Source: Eledone cirrhosa (taxonomy: Eukaryota). Taken from it: 64,000 bases of DNA. The stretch spans positions 382,974,001 through 383,038,000 of the forward strand of contig OZ024740.1 in assembly GCA_964016885.1 (NCBI GenBank), written 5' to 3'. A program made the position numbers and the translations under genes. The notes below the pieces were generated by a model. That model ran no database searches. It saw only the letters and a list, made by a program, of their open reading frames with translations, and had not been told where the DNA came from. The stretch's first letter is position 1, and each line of letters begins with the position of its first letter. Positions 1-11,207 of the stretch are shown here, one piece after another.

Positions 1-779
1 CATTGATGTATATGTATGCACGCTTATTTGTGGTTGTGTGTTCGTATATACCAGTGAGCAAATGTATATATGTGCTAGTGTGAACGTATCTTTTTTTTCT
101 TTCAGTTTGTTTGTAGATTTCTGAATTGGAGTTTGTGTATGCGAATTAGTTGATGCATCTGTGTATTGGCTTCGTGTGTGAAAATAATTTAATGAGAGAG
201 GGGAAAGAGAGAATATAAAAAAGCAACCCGGAAATGGGATGAGGGTAGGTTGAAAAAAGCAGTGTGTTTTCAAAGCATGCGATGTCACAAAAGAAGTAGG
301 AGTTACAATAGAGAATTTAAAAGAAAATAAAGAGAAAGAAAAGCTGAAACACAAAAAAAAACAAAAAAAAAACTTATTGGGTGATGAGTTAGTGGGGGCT
401 GGGGTGATAAAAAGGAACAGGAGTGAGGTAGAAGTATAATGTTGAAGTAGTTCTTAGCCTAACCCAGTAGGAAGGGAGGTGTAAACAAATGTTGAAGATA
501 GCTGAAGTTGAGATGAGTGGGTGAGAATGAATTAACAGAACGTGTATAGAAAGACAGTCGTAGAAGATTGACGTTGATGAAGTAGTTTGAAAAAGAGTCG
601 GGGAGAGAGGTACAAAGAAATAGAGGGAGCGTGGAAGACAGACACAATTCGTGAACTACTCAATGATAAATAACACGCACTTATTTGTATTTTAAATTGA
701 CATTAAAATGTTTTTCCTAGACCGAAAAACCGCCCTGCTCTTCTCTCTCGTTCGTACACAGATACATATTCACACACGC

Positions 780-782
<3 letters not shown>

Positions 783-834
<52 letters not shown>

Positions 835-843
835 CACACACAC

Positions 844-923
<80 letters not shown>
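783..923. repeat. (CA)n microsatellite
   Basis: About 140 bp of near-perfect CA dinucleotide repeat. It explains the poly-HT and poly-CV ORFs. Confidence 0.97.
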
Positions 924-929
<6 letters not shown>

Positions 930-2055
930 GTGTATATATATGTATATATATATAATTAAATCTTAGACAGGAACAAAAACAGAGAGGCAGTACAAATATG
1001 AGTTTATTAGGTTCACGCTTGTGAGAGTGGGGGAGGGTGGCGTGGAAGTTGACGGGACTAGCATGAGTTAATATGAATAATATACTCTGCTTTTGTGTGG
1101 AGCACGTATTCTTTGATATATTTCCTATAGAGGTAAAATTTGTCAGCACCAACATGTAGAGCCACAATTATAGCTATATTTATACTTGGATGCCAAATAT
1201 AAAGAAGGACAAATTTGATTAAATCAACCCAACTACTTGTCCATCACATTATTACATAGACACCGGAAGAATGAAAGGCAAGACATTGGTGTTATTTTGA
1301 ACTCAGGACGTAATTAGCCAGAACAAATACAGCAATTGCAATTCATCCAAAACTCTTTCAATCTACCACCCTTTAATTAATTAACATTAATGAAGAGCAG
1401 GGTAGTTGTGATCATTAGAAATACAGTAACAAGGCTGAACATGTTTTAGTGTTATTGGTATTCCTCATATGTGTCTTCATACAGAAAATTTCCATGTAAT
1501 TTCTAATCATTCTAAGATCTGCAATAACAGCTGGGCGACTACAATAAAATCTCAACATATCCTCAATTTTCCACTTAATGCTGACTTTCCACTACATTGT
1601 ATTTTACTATTGTATTTTACTTCTGTGTTCGATTCCTGGTCCTTCTTCTTTTTATCAGAAGTAGAAATCCCGAAATTTAAAATAATTATAATTTCTTATG
1701 TATGGCATGTATGGTAGCGAATGAAAGGCGCCCGTGTGTATTTTCCGTGTAGTATTAGTTTAAGTTTGTATAATGGGAAAGATACTGTCATTGCTACAAT
1801 CATCAGTTCTGCTAAAGCTGATAATAATCATGGAAAATTGAGGAATGTAACTAATGCGTCAATCTAAAAAGTTATAAATGGCAGAAATTCTGAGAAAACA
1901 ATATAAACTATACGAAATAATACAAAACTTGAGAAACAATAGCAGCTACATCAATGGCAAGAGAACGTACACTCAGTAACACTTACACACGCACTCTGTC
2001 GTCATTATATGTCTGTGTATATACAGAAGGTATGTTTGTGTCTCCGTCTTGCTTT

Positions 2056-2062
<7 letters not shown>

Positions 2063-2142
<80 letters not shown>
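2063..2142. repeat. (TA)n microsatellite flanked by a ~35-bp inverted repeat
   Basis: Pure TA tract, with CAGAAGGTATGTTT..GTCTCCGTCTTGCTTTTGT on the left and its reverse complement on the right. Confidence 0.93.
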
Positions 2143-2145
<3 letters not shown>

Positions 2146-2671
2146 AAAGCAAGACGGAGACTTAAACATACCTTCTGGTGTCCGATAACGTATTTTGGTG
2201 TTTTGAAAGACTCTGCCAGATACGTTATATTATTAATTTATGACCAGACAAACATACAATTTCTGCAGTCGATCAAATTATTATATCAGATAAGAAGTAC
2301 ACCTTTTAGTTCTGTAATCTGGCTAGGAAGTAAAGTAGCAGATATTAAAATGCTAGGACTCGGGGAGAAGGGGATTATATATTTAATGACATGGTGTGCG
2401 TATATGCGAATGTTATACTAGGTTTGTGTAGATGTATGTGTTTGTACATGTTGTTTAGTCACTGATCTGGTCTGAAAAAAAAAATGGCCTTATCAATGAC
2501 CTTGTCAAGCAACGGAATACACCCCATTCTATGTGTGATTTCGGCAGATTTCTTCCAGAGAAAGAGAGAGGCGGAGAAAGTGCGAAAGAGATGTACAAAA
2601 AGCATCAATCTCAAAAGGATGAAATACATTTTTTAGCTCGTCGAGAATTGAACTCAGAACACCAAAACACT

Positions 2672-3096
2672 TGTAGTAACTATGGCGACAGTGTATTGAC
2701 TATAGCAACGCAGTGTCCCCACCTGTGGGTAACACAACAAAATAACAAATTACTTCCCTTATCTCGGCGTTCTCTAAAAGAAGAGACGCCAATGTAAAAC
2801 TCAAGAGATTTGGTTTTCAATTCCAGACGCCTTTGTCCTGCCACGTGGACGTACTTTGTAAAAACGCCTGTTTTTGACCAAGACATTTTCATATCTCTTC
2901 TTGAGTGTAAGAATTAAGCCATTACCGTTTAGCTAGCAGGGTATGTCCTTTGAATGTAATTATTATGTCATGTTTTATTAAATGAATCATTTAATAAAAG
3001 ATTAATCTTGTTATCGAAAGCCCTTCTGTTTTAATTAATAATCTTAGAGAGATGAGATGTCGTTCACACACCTGGACGATATATCATTTTTCTTTA
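2672..3096 (+). repeat. 5' LTR
   Basis: Starts TGTAGTAAC and ends TCTTTA. Direct repeat of 8159-8583 with about 17 substitutions by eye. Contains AATAAA near 2992. Confidence 0.95.
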
Positions 3097-3097
3097 T

Positions 3098-3110
3098 TGG
3101 TGACCCCGAC
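3098..3110 (+). promoter_or_regulatory. Primer-binding site complementary to the 3' end of tRNA-Trp
   Basis: TGGTGACCCCGAC, 1 nt after the 5' LTR. It is the reverse complement of ...GUCGGGGUCACCA, the metazoan tRNA-Trp 3' end. Confidence 0.88.
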
Positions 3111-3361
3111 TAAGAACAACTTTAAAATTCTTCTGTATTGCTGAATTGTATCTCCTTCTGACCTGCCTTGCAAGCATAGTTAGATAAAAACCCCCAAAAA
3201 TTATTACAGCTCAGCCAGCGTTTTATCAACAACGATATTTATTTTATGTACAAAGTGTGCGACGCTGCACAAATATATATGGAATTCACCCCCTTGTTGT
3301 TTGGTATCTTGTCTTTGAGTGAACGATATTTCTCCTTTTGCATTAACTTCTCTCTTTAAAG

Positions 3362-3392
<31 letters not shown>

Positions 3393-3701
3393 TTCTCTGG
3401 ATATACAATGTTGCTTTCAACCTTCTGTTAAAATAACAAAATGGAGACTCAAACATTTTGTTTTCCCGCGTACAGCTTGTCGTCTTCAATCCCAGCCATC
3501 TGATTGGCTGCATCGTGCCACATGACGGCTTCTTCATCACAAACACATTTTTCAATCAGCCATCTTGGGATTTTCTTACCAAATAATTTTCATTGAAAAT
3601 AATTTTTTTTATTATGCAAATTTTATTTTGGCCGGCGAGAATTTTCCAAAAGAATTTCAGTTGAATTCGCGTGAATAAAATTCATCAAATCTTTGGGCAT
3701 C

Positions 3702-4570
3702 ATGAATCAACATCATTTGCCGTCCTTCGCAGGCGACATCAAGTTATGGTTTTTGCAGCTTAAATGCTATTTTGATTTAACCAAAACCAAACAACAGCAT
3801 AAACTGAAGGTTCTAGTGAGTGGCTTGCCTGTGTCGTTGGCATATTCCGTGAAGGATGTGGTAACCAATTTAGCCGCGGACGTTGCTTATGGCTCGTTGA
3901 AAGGGGAAATTATTCGGAGGAATACCAAGTCAGCGGAAAGTCGTTTTCGGGAATCGTTAGATGATGCGCAAATGGGTGACAGGACGCCAAGCTCCTATTT
4001 GCGACATCTGCGGAAATTGAGCGACTCCCAGGGGATGGACACCCCATTCCTCAAACAACTATTTTTCTCTCGTTTACCGCCAAGTGCGCAGATGGTCTTG
4101 GTCAATAATTTGGAGAGGGAATCGTTAGATCAACTTGCCGCATCCGCGGATAGAATACTAGCGGTGGACTCTAACAGCAGTCGGCATAATCCTTGTGTGG
4201 CTTCTTCTTCTGTTCCCCCACGCAATTCTTCTGTGGCGACAGCAAACTGTTGGAGATGATCGAAGCGCTCACACAAAAAGTGGAGTATTTGACCGTACAA
4301 CACAGAGAGCCTTCTCAACGTTTGAGGTACCGTTCACCTCCGTCTGCTATTCCTCGAAGCCCCTACGAGTACCGTTCGCCTCCGTCTGCTATTCCTCGAA
4401 ACCGCTACGAGTACCGTTCGCCGCCGTCTTATATTCATCACCAGCACTACAACGCAGACAACAATAATTCTTCGTTTTGTTGGTATCATGCTAACTTCGG
4501 CAGTAGGGCACAACGTTGTCGCACGCCCTGTAATTACAAGAGATCGGAAAACGCAAAGCAGAGCCACTAG
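3702..4570 (+). pseudogene. gag: gag (one frameshift near 4.2 kb)
   Basis: ORFs 3693-4259 and 4193-4570 together give LPSF..D..LWF.QL, MGDRTPS.YLR.LR and the C-terminal CWYHANFGSRAQRCRTPC (CHCC motif). Confidence 0.88.
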
Positions 4571-7500
4571 GGACGTCTAGTGAACTCTGGGAAAATCGAC
4601 CGAACCGCCATCTTTTTGTATACGACCTGCGGTCGAAAAACATTTTCCTTGTCGATACTGGCGCGTCGATGAGTATTTGGCCAGTCAGTTATCTCAAAAA
4701 ACCCCATCTGAATCAAATATAAATTTACGAGCACTCAACCACACGGCCATTCGAACGTACGGGCAAATTTCGCTTCCTCTTCGGTTAAAAAATTTGCGTC
4801 GTGAATTGAAGTGGAAGTTTACTATCGCCGACTAGCCATACGCCATTTTGGGACGGATTTTCTCCAACATTTTTCCTTGTCGATTGACATCCGCAGACAA
4901 CGACTTTTTGATGCTAATACAGGCCTATCGTTCGAGGATACAAAGCCGGAGATCGCCACAGTAAGCCCTGCTTTTCTCTTGGCTGAAGTAGGCAACCAGT
5001 ATCACAGTTTGTTAAAATCATTCCCACAGCTGACGCAAGGAAGATTACGAATTGCTAGTCCGGATCATGTGATTGAACACTTTATATCCACTACAGGTCC
5101 ACCTGTTTTCTCACGTCCTTGAAGATTATCTGCAGAGAAGTTGAAAGCTGCACGGTCTGAATTCGACCACATGCTGGAATTAGGAATAATTCGGCGTTCC
5201 GCAAGTCCTTGGACATCGCCTCTATATATGGTACTTACATCTTCTGGTGATTGGAGACCGAGGGTCACTACCGACGCTTAAACGCGAATACTGTGCCTGA
5301 CCGTTATCCAATCCCGCATTTGCAGGATTTCGCTTCTTCATTACAAGGTTGCACAATTTTTTCTAAGCTCGATTTGATTCGTGCTTATAATCAGATTCCG
5401 GTTAAAAAGGAGGATATTCCGAAGACTGCTATTGCCACTCCTTTTGGATCTTTCGAGTTCCTTATTATGCCTTTCGGCCTAAGAAATGCGGCTAGTACCT
5501 TCCAACGATTTATGGATGATGTTACTCGGGGCCTGGATTTTGTGTATACGTATATCGATGATGTGTTGATTGCTAGTTCTTCTCCTGAGCAGCATTCAAA
5601 GCATCTGGATCTCGTATTGCGTCGTTTACAGAGATATAAGGTTCGTATTAATGCTTCCAAGTGTGTTTTCAGCTCGACTTCACTAACATGTTTAGGCCAT
5701 CTGATTGACGCCGATGGTATTCGACCTCTTCCTGAGAAGGTTAAGGCAGTATCGGATTTGCCTCCGCCAAGTTCACTGCGACAATGGCGTCAATTCTTAG
5801 GCCTTGTAAATTTTTATAGGCGATTCGTACCTAATTGTTCCAACTTGCTGTTCTCGTTGACAGAAATTTTTAAAAATTGCCGGCGTAAGAATATGGACAT
5901 TTCCTTAAATAAAACGCAGCTTGAGGATTTTAAAAAAGTGAAAAAGGCGTTAGCGAGGGCGTCTTTGCCTGCCGACCCAGTACCCAACGCCGAGCTATCG
6001 CTCTGTGTTGATGCGTCGGATACCGCCGTGGGTGCAACAGAAGTGCGATGGTTTACAACAACCACTGGAATTTTTTTCGAGAAAGCTAAAGCCTGCCGAA
6101 AATCGTTATAGTACTTTCGGGCGTGAGCTTTTAGCAATTTATTTATCTGTGAAACCTTTCTCCCATGTTCTGGACGGGAGAGCGTTCACTATTTTCACAG
6201 ATCACAAACCGTTGGTTTTCGCTTTAAGATCAAAATTTGACAAATATTTTCCTAGGGAAACTAGACATCTGGATTTTGTTTCCCAATACACCAATGATAT
6301 TCAACATATTCCGGGTGCTGTGAACACTGCGGCAGACGCCTTGTCTCGTCTCCCGATAGCTTTGATCTCGTCGTCTAACGATATAAATTTGCTTCAAATG
6401 GCCATTGACCAACCCTCGCTTGAATCATTGGATTGCACATCGCCGGAGTTCATTAACTGCAATATGAAATACCTTCCTTTAACAACCGCTGACGGACAGA
6501 TACTTTGTGATATCTCGTTGGACTCACCACGACCTCTCGTCCCAGTTGGTCATCGACGAACTGTATTTCTCGCTTTGCATGGCATTTCTCACCCAGGAGC
6601 TACAGCCTCGGTCAAACTCATAACAGCCAGATTTTTCTGGCCTGATATGAGACGTGACATTGCTGCTTGTTGCCGTTCCTGTGTCGCTTGCCAAAAGTCA
6701 AAAGTTCATAAGCACGTTAAAACTCCTCTCGGAACTTTCACCTGTCCTGATGCCAGATTTCGTCACGTTCATGTGGACATCGTCGGCCCGTGGCCGATTA
6801 GTCGTGGTTATTCGTATATTTTAACGATCGTTGACCGTTTTTCGCGTTGGCCTGAAGCCATCCCTATGACAGATATCACTGCTGAAACGACAGCGCGTAC
6901 TCTCGTATCTGCATGGATCGCTCGTTTTGGAGTACCAACCACAATAACAACAGACCGCTGTCGTCAATTTGAATCGAACCTCTTCCGTGAATTAACACAA
7001 ATTATTGGCGCTACTCGCATAAGAACCACGGCATATCATCCAGCATCAAACGGAATGGTGGAAAGATTTCACAGACAGCTTAAAGCCTATTTAAGGGCTT
7101 CAATGGACTCTTCACGTTGGAGTGAGTACCTACCTATTGTGTTGTTAGGTATGCGGTCGACAATAAAGGTGGACCTTGGGTTCTCCCCGGCCGAATTGAT
7201 TTATGGTACTCCTCTTGCGTTACCGGGGAAAATGCTTGCTCCTGTTGATCTTGCTTCGCAGGATCCCGCTTCCTACGTGTCCCGGCTTCATTCTTACTTC
7301 CAGGAGTTACCACCGATGGACACTAGGAAGCAAACTGTAAAAACTGCCGTCCCAAGGGATATTGCCTTGTGGACACATGATTTCGTTAGAGACGACGCTG
7401 TGAGACCCCCTCTCATACGGCCGTACTCTGGACCCTATCGTGTGCTTGCTCGTACAGAGAAACATTTCACAGTGGACATTATGGTGTCCAGGGAAACTAT

Positions 7501-7696
7501 TTCCGTTGATCACCTCAAACGAGCCAATCTGGACACTGACACAGTGACACTTGAACCACAAATGCCCCCTTCTTTTTCTTCGCCACATACACTTGTTTCT
7601 TCGCCCCCCCCCCCTCCACCAACATACAGAAATACGACCCGTTCAGGTCGAAGGGTGCATTGGCCCTGTAAGCTATGCAGTACTATAAACTTCTGA
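4546..7696 (+). pseudogene. pol: pol polyprotein (aspartic protease, RT, RNase H, integrase), several frameshifts and stops
   Basis: FLVDTGA near 4645, [23 protein letters not shown] at 5551, RNase H FTDHKPL, integrase H-H-C-C, VHVDIVGP/TTD/GMVERFH, and GPY (PYSGPYRV). Confidence 0.95.
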
Positions 7697-8158
7697 ATTG
7701 TATTCTTTTTTCTTGCAGTTATTTTTACTGTATATTGAATTTGTTGTTGCATTTTGTACCCTGACAGCCTTTGGTATTTTTAAGGCATATTATAATTTTT
7801 CATTGCATTTTGTAACCTTACTGCCTATGGCAGTTTCAATGCCTATCGTTTTTTTTTATCGTATTTGGGACCCTTACTGCGAATGGTATTTTTAATGCAT
7901 TTTGCATTTATTGCTGCATGTGTATAATTATTGCATTTGTTGTATAATTTTTGTGTAATGCTTGCATGCATTAACCTATTTCACCTCTATATTGTTCGTT
8001 TTGAAACCGGTTTCAACAACTTGTAAAGAGTACCTTGTAAGGCTTTGGCTTCATTGTTATATACTACAGGAATCTTTCTTGTACCAATTTACAACTTCTG
8101 GTTCCTACATGCTATCGTTTGTTTTACGATTTTTATTAAAAATCTGGTCGGAGGTGAT

Positions 8159-8583
8159 TGTAGTAACTATGGCGACAGTGTGTTGACTATAGCAACGCAG
8201 TGTCGCCACCTGTGGGTAACACAAAAAAATAGCGAATTACTTCCCTTATCTCGGCGTTCTCTAAATGAAGAGACGCCAATGTAAAACTCAAGAGATTTTG
8301 TTTTCAATTCCAGTCGCTTTTGTCCTGCAACGTGGACGTACTTTTTAAAAACGCCTGTTTTTGACCAAGACATTTTCATATCTCTTCTTGAATGTAAGAA
8401 TTAAGCCATTGCCGTTTAGCTTGCAGGGTATGTCCTATGAATGTAATTATTATGTCATGTTTTATTAAATGAATCATTTAATAAAAGATTAGCCTTGTTA
8501 TCGAAAGCCCTTCTGTTTTAATTAATAATCTTAGAGAGATGAGATGTCGTTCACACACCTGGACGATATATCATTTTTCTTTA
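8159..8583 (+). repeat. 3' LTR
   Basis: Direct repeat of 2672-3096, preceded by a degenerate purine-rich tract GGTCGGAGGTGA and followed by the TSD CACT. Confidence 0.95.
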
Positions 8584-8981
8584 CACTCTATCTGAAGTGC
8601 TAACGACATTGTCAGTTTGCCACATATAGGCAAAATATAAACATATGATAAATAAAAACACAATGTATTGTAGTAATTAATGAGGGTGTACAAAACTGCT
8701 ATAGGTAATGCAGAGAAGAAGAGAGTCAAAGTAAATCCTGGATTGCCTTGTAATAAAATAAATATACATCACTCATATAATGCAAAGGAAATGAAACAGG
8801 GGATATAATCATTTACGTTTGTCACATTTGTATTTTCTTGCAAGTGAAGTGAACTTCCCTCCAGTGTGGAGGATCAAGTTGTTGATCCCTTTAATTGTAC
8901 ATCTCTACTACATATTTTTGGCCGTATGCCATTCAGAATTCATCATTTTATCATCACCACCAGTATTGGTGGAATTATTAT

Positions 8982-9185
8982 TGGCAGAGGATTGGCAGTA
9001 TCAGAAGAGCGTCGGACAACATGCTTTGCTGTCTTCTACGTTCTGAATAAAAATCTCTCCGTGGTTAGCTTTGGCTTTCATCAGTACGCAGTCGATAAAT
9101 TATAGCACCAGTAACGCACTGGATTCGATTTAATCAACTTTGCCCTCCCCAAAATGTACTGTCATGTGCCTCAATCAGAAAACAT
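8982..9185 (+). mobile_element. Degenerate tRNA-derived SINE
   Basis: GGCAGAGGATTGGCAGTATC head, GCTTTCATC..GTCGATAAA..ACCAG body and TGTGCC..AGAAAACA tail, similar to the younger copies in this window. Confidence 0.6.
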
Positions 9186-9518
9186 TGTGATGGGTTCGTA
9201 GACGTTAGAGTGTCAGACAGAATGTGTTGTTAGTATGATTGTATTTTTCTACACATTCATTTGGACCGGTATATAAGCGTGCGCACACAGAAAACTAAGA
9301 CACAAACTCACGCACACACAAGCACATACATAGATTATATCACACATAAACAAATCACCTGCTTATATGCATGTGTAAATAATTGTGTTAGTGTTGTATA
9401 TTTTGCGTATAATTGTGTTCAATTATTCGTCGCATCTGAGAAAATAATATCCTGTTAATAGATGTCGATAACAATGTTGCAAAATAACGTATATATGTGA
9501 ATGATCGTGTGGGTGTGT

Positions 9519-9556
<38 letters not shown>

Positions 9557-9855
9557 ATGTGGGTGTGGGTGTATGTATGTGTGTGTGTGTGTCTGTGTCT
9601 CTGTTTCTGTGTATGTTCGTGTGTGGGTGTGCAGTCTCTATTCTTATGCTTAGTTTATCTCGCAGAATGTATTGGAGATTTGCCGAATAGAAAAAAAAAG
9701 TTATTTTCGTCGCCTTATTCAAATAATTGCTATTGATATGTCTCTTTATTTATATAGCTTCTTTTGTCTCTCACTCACACACACCTCTAGCCGCCCCTGT
9801 ATATATATATCAGTATATATCTATCAGTCTATATATATACAAACACAGACACAGC

Positions 9856-9893
<38 letters not shown>

Positions 9894-10400
9894 TAAGCAA
9901 AAATGTTTTATTGTCCCAGCATAGCTCGGATAAAAGAAAATACAGTTACCACCAACTTACTCTTGAGAAATTTAAATTTGCCCTCTAGACCAGTATGTTT
10001 GAATGTGTAAAATACTATTATTTTGATCACTCTTTCTTAAAGTAACGTAACAATGAATACATATTATTAATATCTACTGACATCAAGTTTCAGACATTAA
10101 TGCCGTCTCAAACAAAAAATAAAAAAATACGGGAAATAATTGCAACTATTTAGAAACAATTTAAATGGCCCAGATGCACTTTAATAACGTTTCAGTGTCC
10201 ATTTCAAAGAAAGTTACATAAATGTAATGTTTTCAGTGATAATGTACTGCAACTGATATATGTGTTGTGTGGGTGTTAATAGGAGTGTTTCGAACTTAAA
10301 GAATGTTTTCCAATTATCGTGTACATTCTCTTCTATACAATAACATTGGACCAATATTTGCTGTGATTTTACCACACACCCATGCACGCATGCACACACA

Positions 10401-10431
<31 letters not shown>

Positions 10432-10650
10432 GCACATATATATATATGACACTAAAAGAAAAAAAATCAATCTGTGAACGCAGAATAAATATTTAGGAAA
10501 ACGTTGCAATCGCAGGAAAACAGGAAGACGATACTTTGGTTTGTGAAGACGTTCCCTGGCAATGAACGGATAAATGCGAAGATCATATCGAGCCCTCTTT
10601 TGATTTCAGTCTTCATATTTATTATGATTACTATATATGTAATATATATA

Positions 10651-10693
<43 letters not shown>

Positions 10694-10697
<4 letters not shown>

Positions 10698-10887
10698 TTA
10701 ATATAGATGAGATTCTACAGGACTAGAACTGTTTCATTCATTAGAAATCATCAGGAATCTCTGATGATTTCTAATGAATGAAACAGTTCTAGTCCTGTAG
10801 AATCTCATCTATATTAAAACTGTTATACTCTGCTATGTATTGAGTACCTTACTTACTGTGGTTACCTCCGATTCAACCCGGAATAAC

Positions 10888-10888
<1 letters not shown>
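10694..10888. mobile_element. Penelope-like pLTR remnant with 61-bp perfect inverted duplication, between (TA)n tracts
   Basis: Arms 10694-10754 and 10761-10821 with a 6-nt spacer. Carries a hammerhead core. The GTATTGAGTAC tail motif is shared (inverted) with the neighbouring element at 10944-11150. Confidence 0.65.
10709..10761 (-). ncRNA. Type I hammerhead ribozyme
   Basis: Minus strand reads GAGAUUC-CUGAUGA-UUUC UAAU GAAU-GAAA-CAG UUCUAGUC CUG-UA-GAAUCUC. Stem I is 7 bp, the core is intact, stem III is ACAG/CUGU, and the cleavage triplet is GUA. Confidence 0.8.
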
Positions 10889-10943
<55 letters not shown>

Positions 10944-10945
<2 letters not shown>

Positions 10946-11145
10946 CAAAGGAAATGTGGTAAGGAACCAGATGGACCATAACGCACCAAAGTACTCAATA
11001 CTTAGTGTAGTAGAGTGGGTAATAGGAACAAGTATGACCCCGACGGCAGAGCTCAAGCCGTTTCGACGGCTAATTCTGGACAGAATTAGAGTCCAGAATT
11101 AGCCGTCGAAACGGCTTGAGCTTTGCCGTCAGGGTCATACTTGTT

Positions 11146-11150
<5 letters not shown>
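10944..11150. mobile_element. Second Penelope-like fold-back remnant with the 3' half of a hammerhead, between (TA)n tracts
   Basis: Inverted arms 11022-11081 and 11091-11150, containing GAAAC-GGC-loop-GCC-GTC. Confidence 0.55.

Positions 11151-11207
<57 letters not shown>

Larger units (their letters stand above)
2672..8583 (+). mobile_element. Ty3/Gypsy LTR retrotransposon, CsRn1-like lineage, full length but disrupted
   Basis: Two 425-bp LTRs, a 4-bp TSD CACT (2668-2671 and 8584-8587), a tRNA-Trp PBS, gag with a CHCC motif, and pol in PR-RT-RH-IN order. Confidence 0.96.

Noticed and set aside
708-1167. ORFs with poly-HT, poly-CV and poly-YI (also near 1954, 9497, 20804, 28955, 37048)
   Set aside because: They are translations of (CA)n, (TG)n, (TA)n and (TATG)n microsatellites with no domain content.
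2531-2892. Duplicated short ORFs (also 8045-8379)
   Set aside because: They are the two LTR copies, not duplicated genes.
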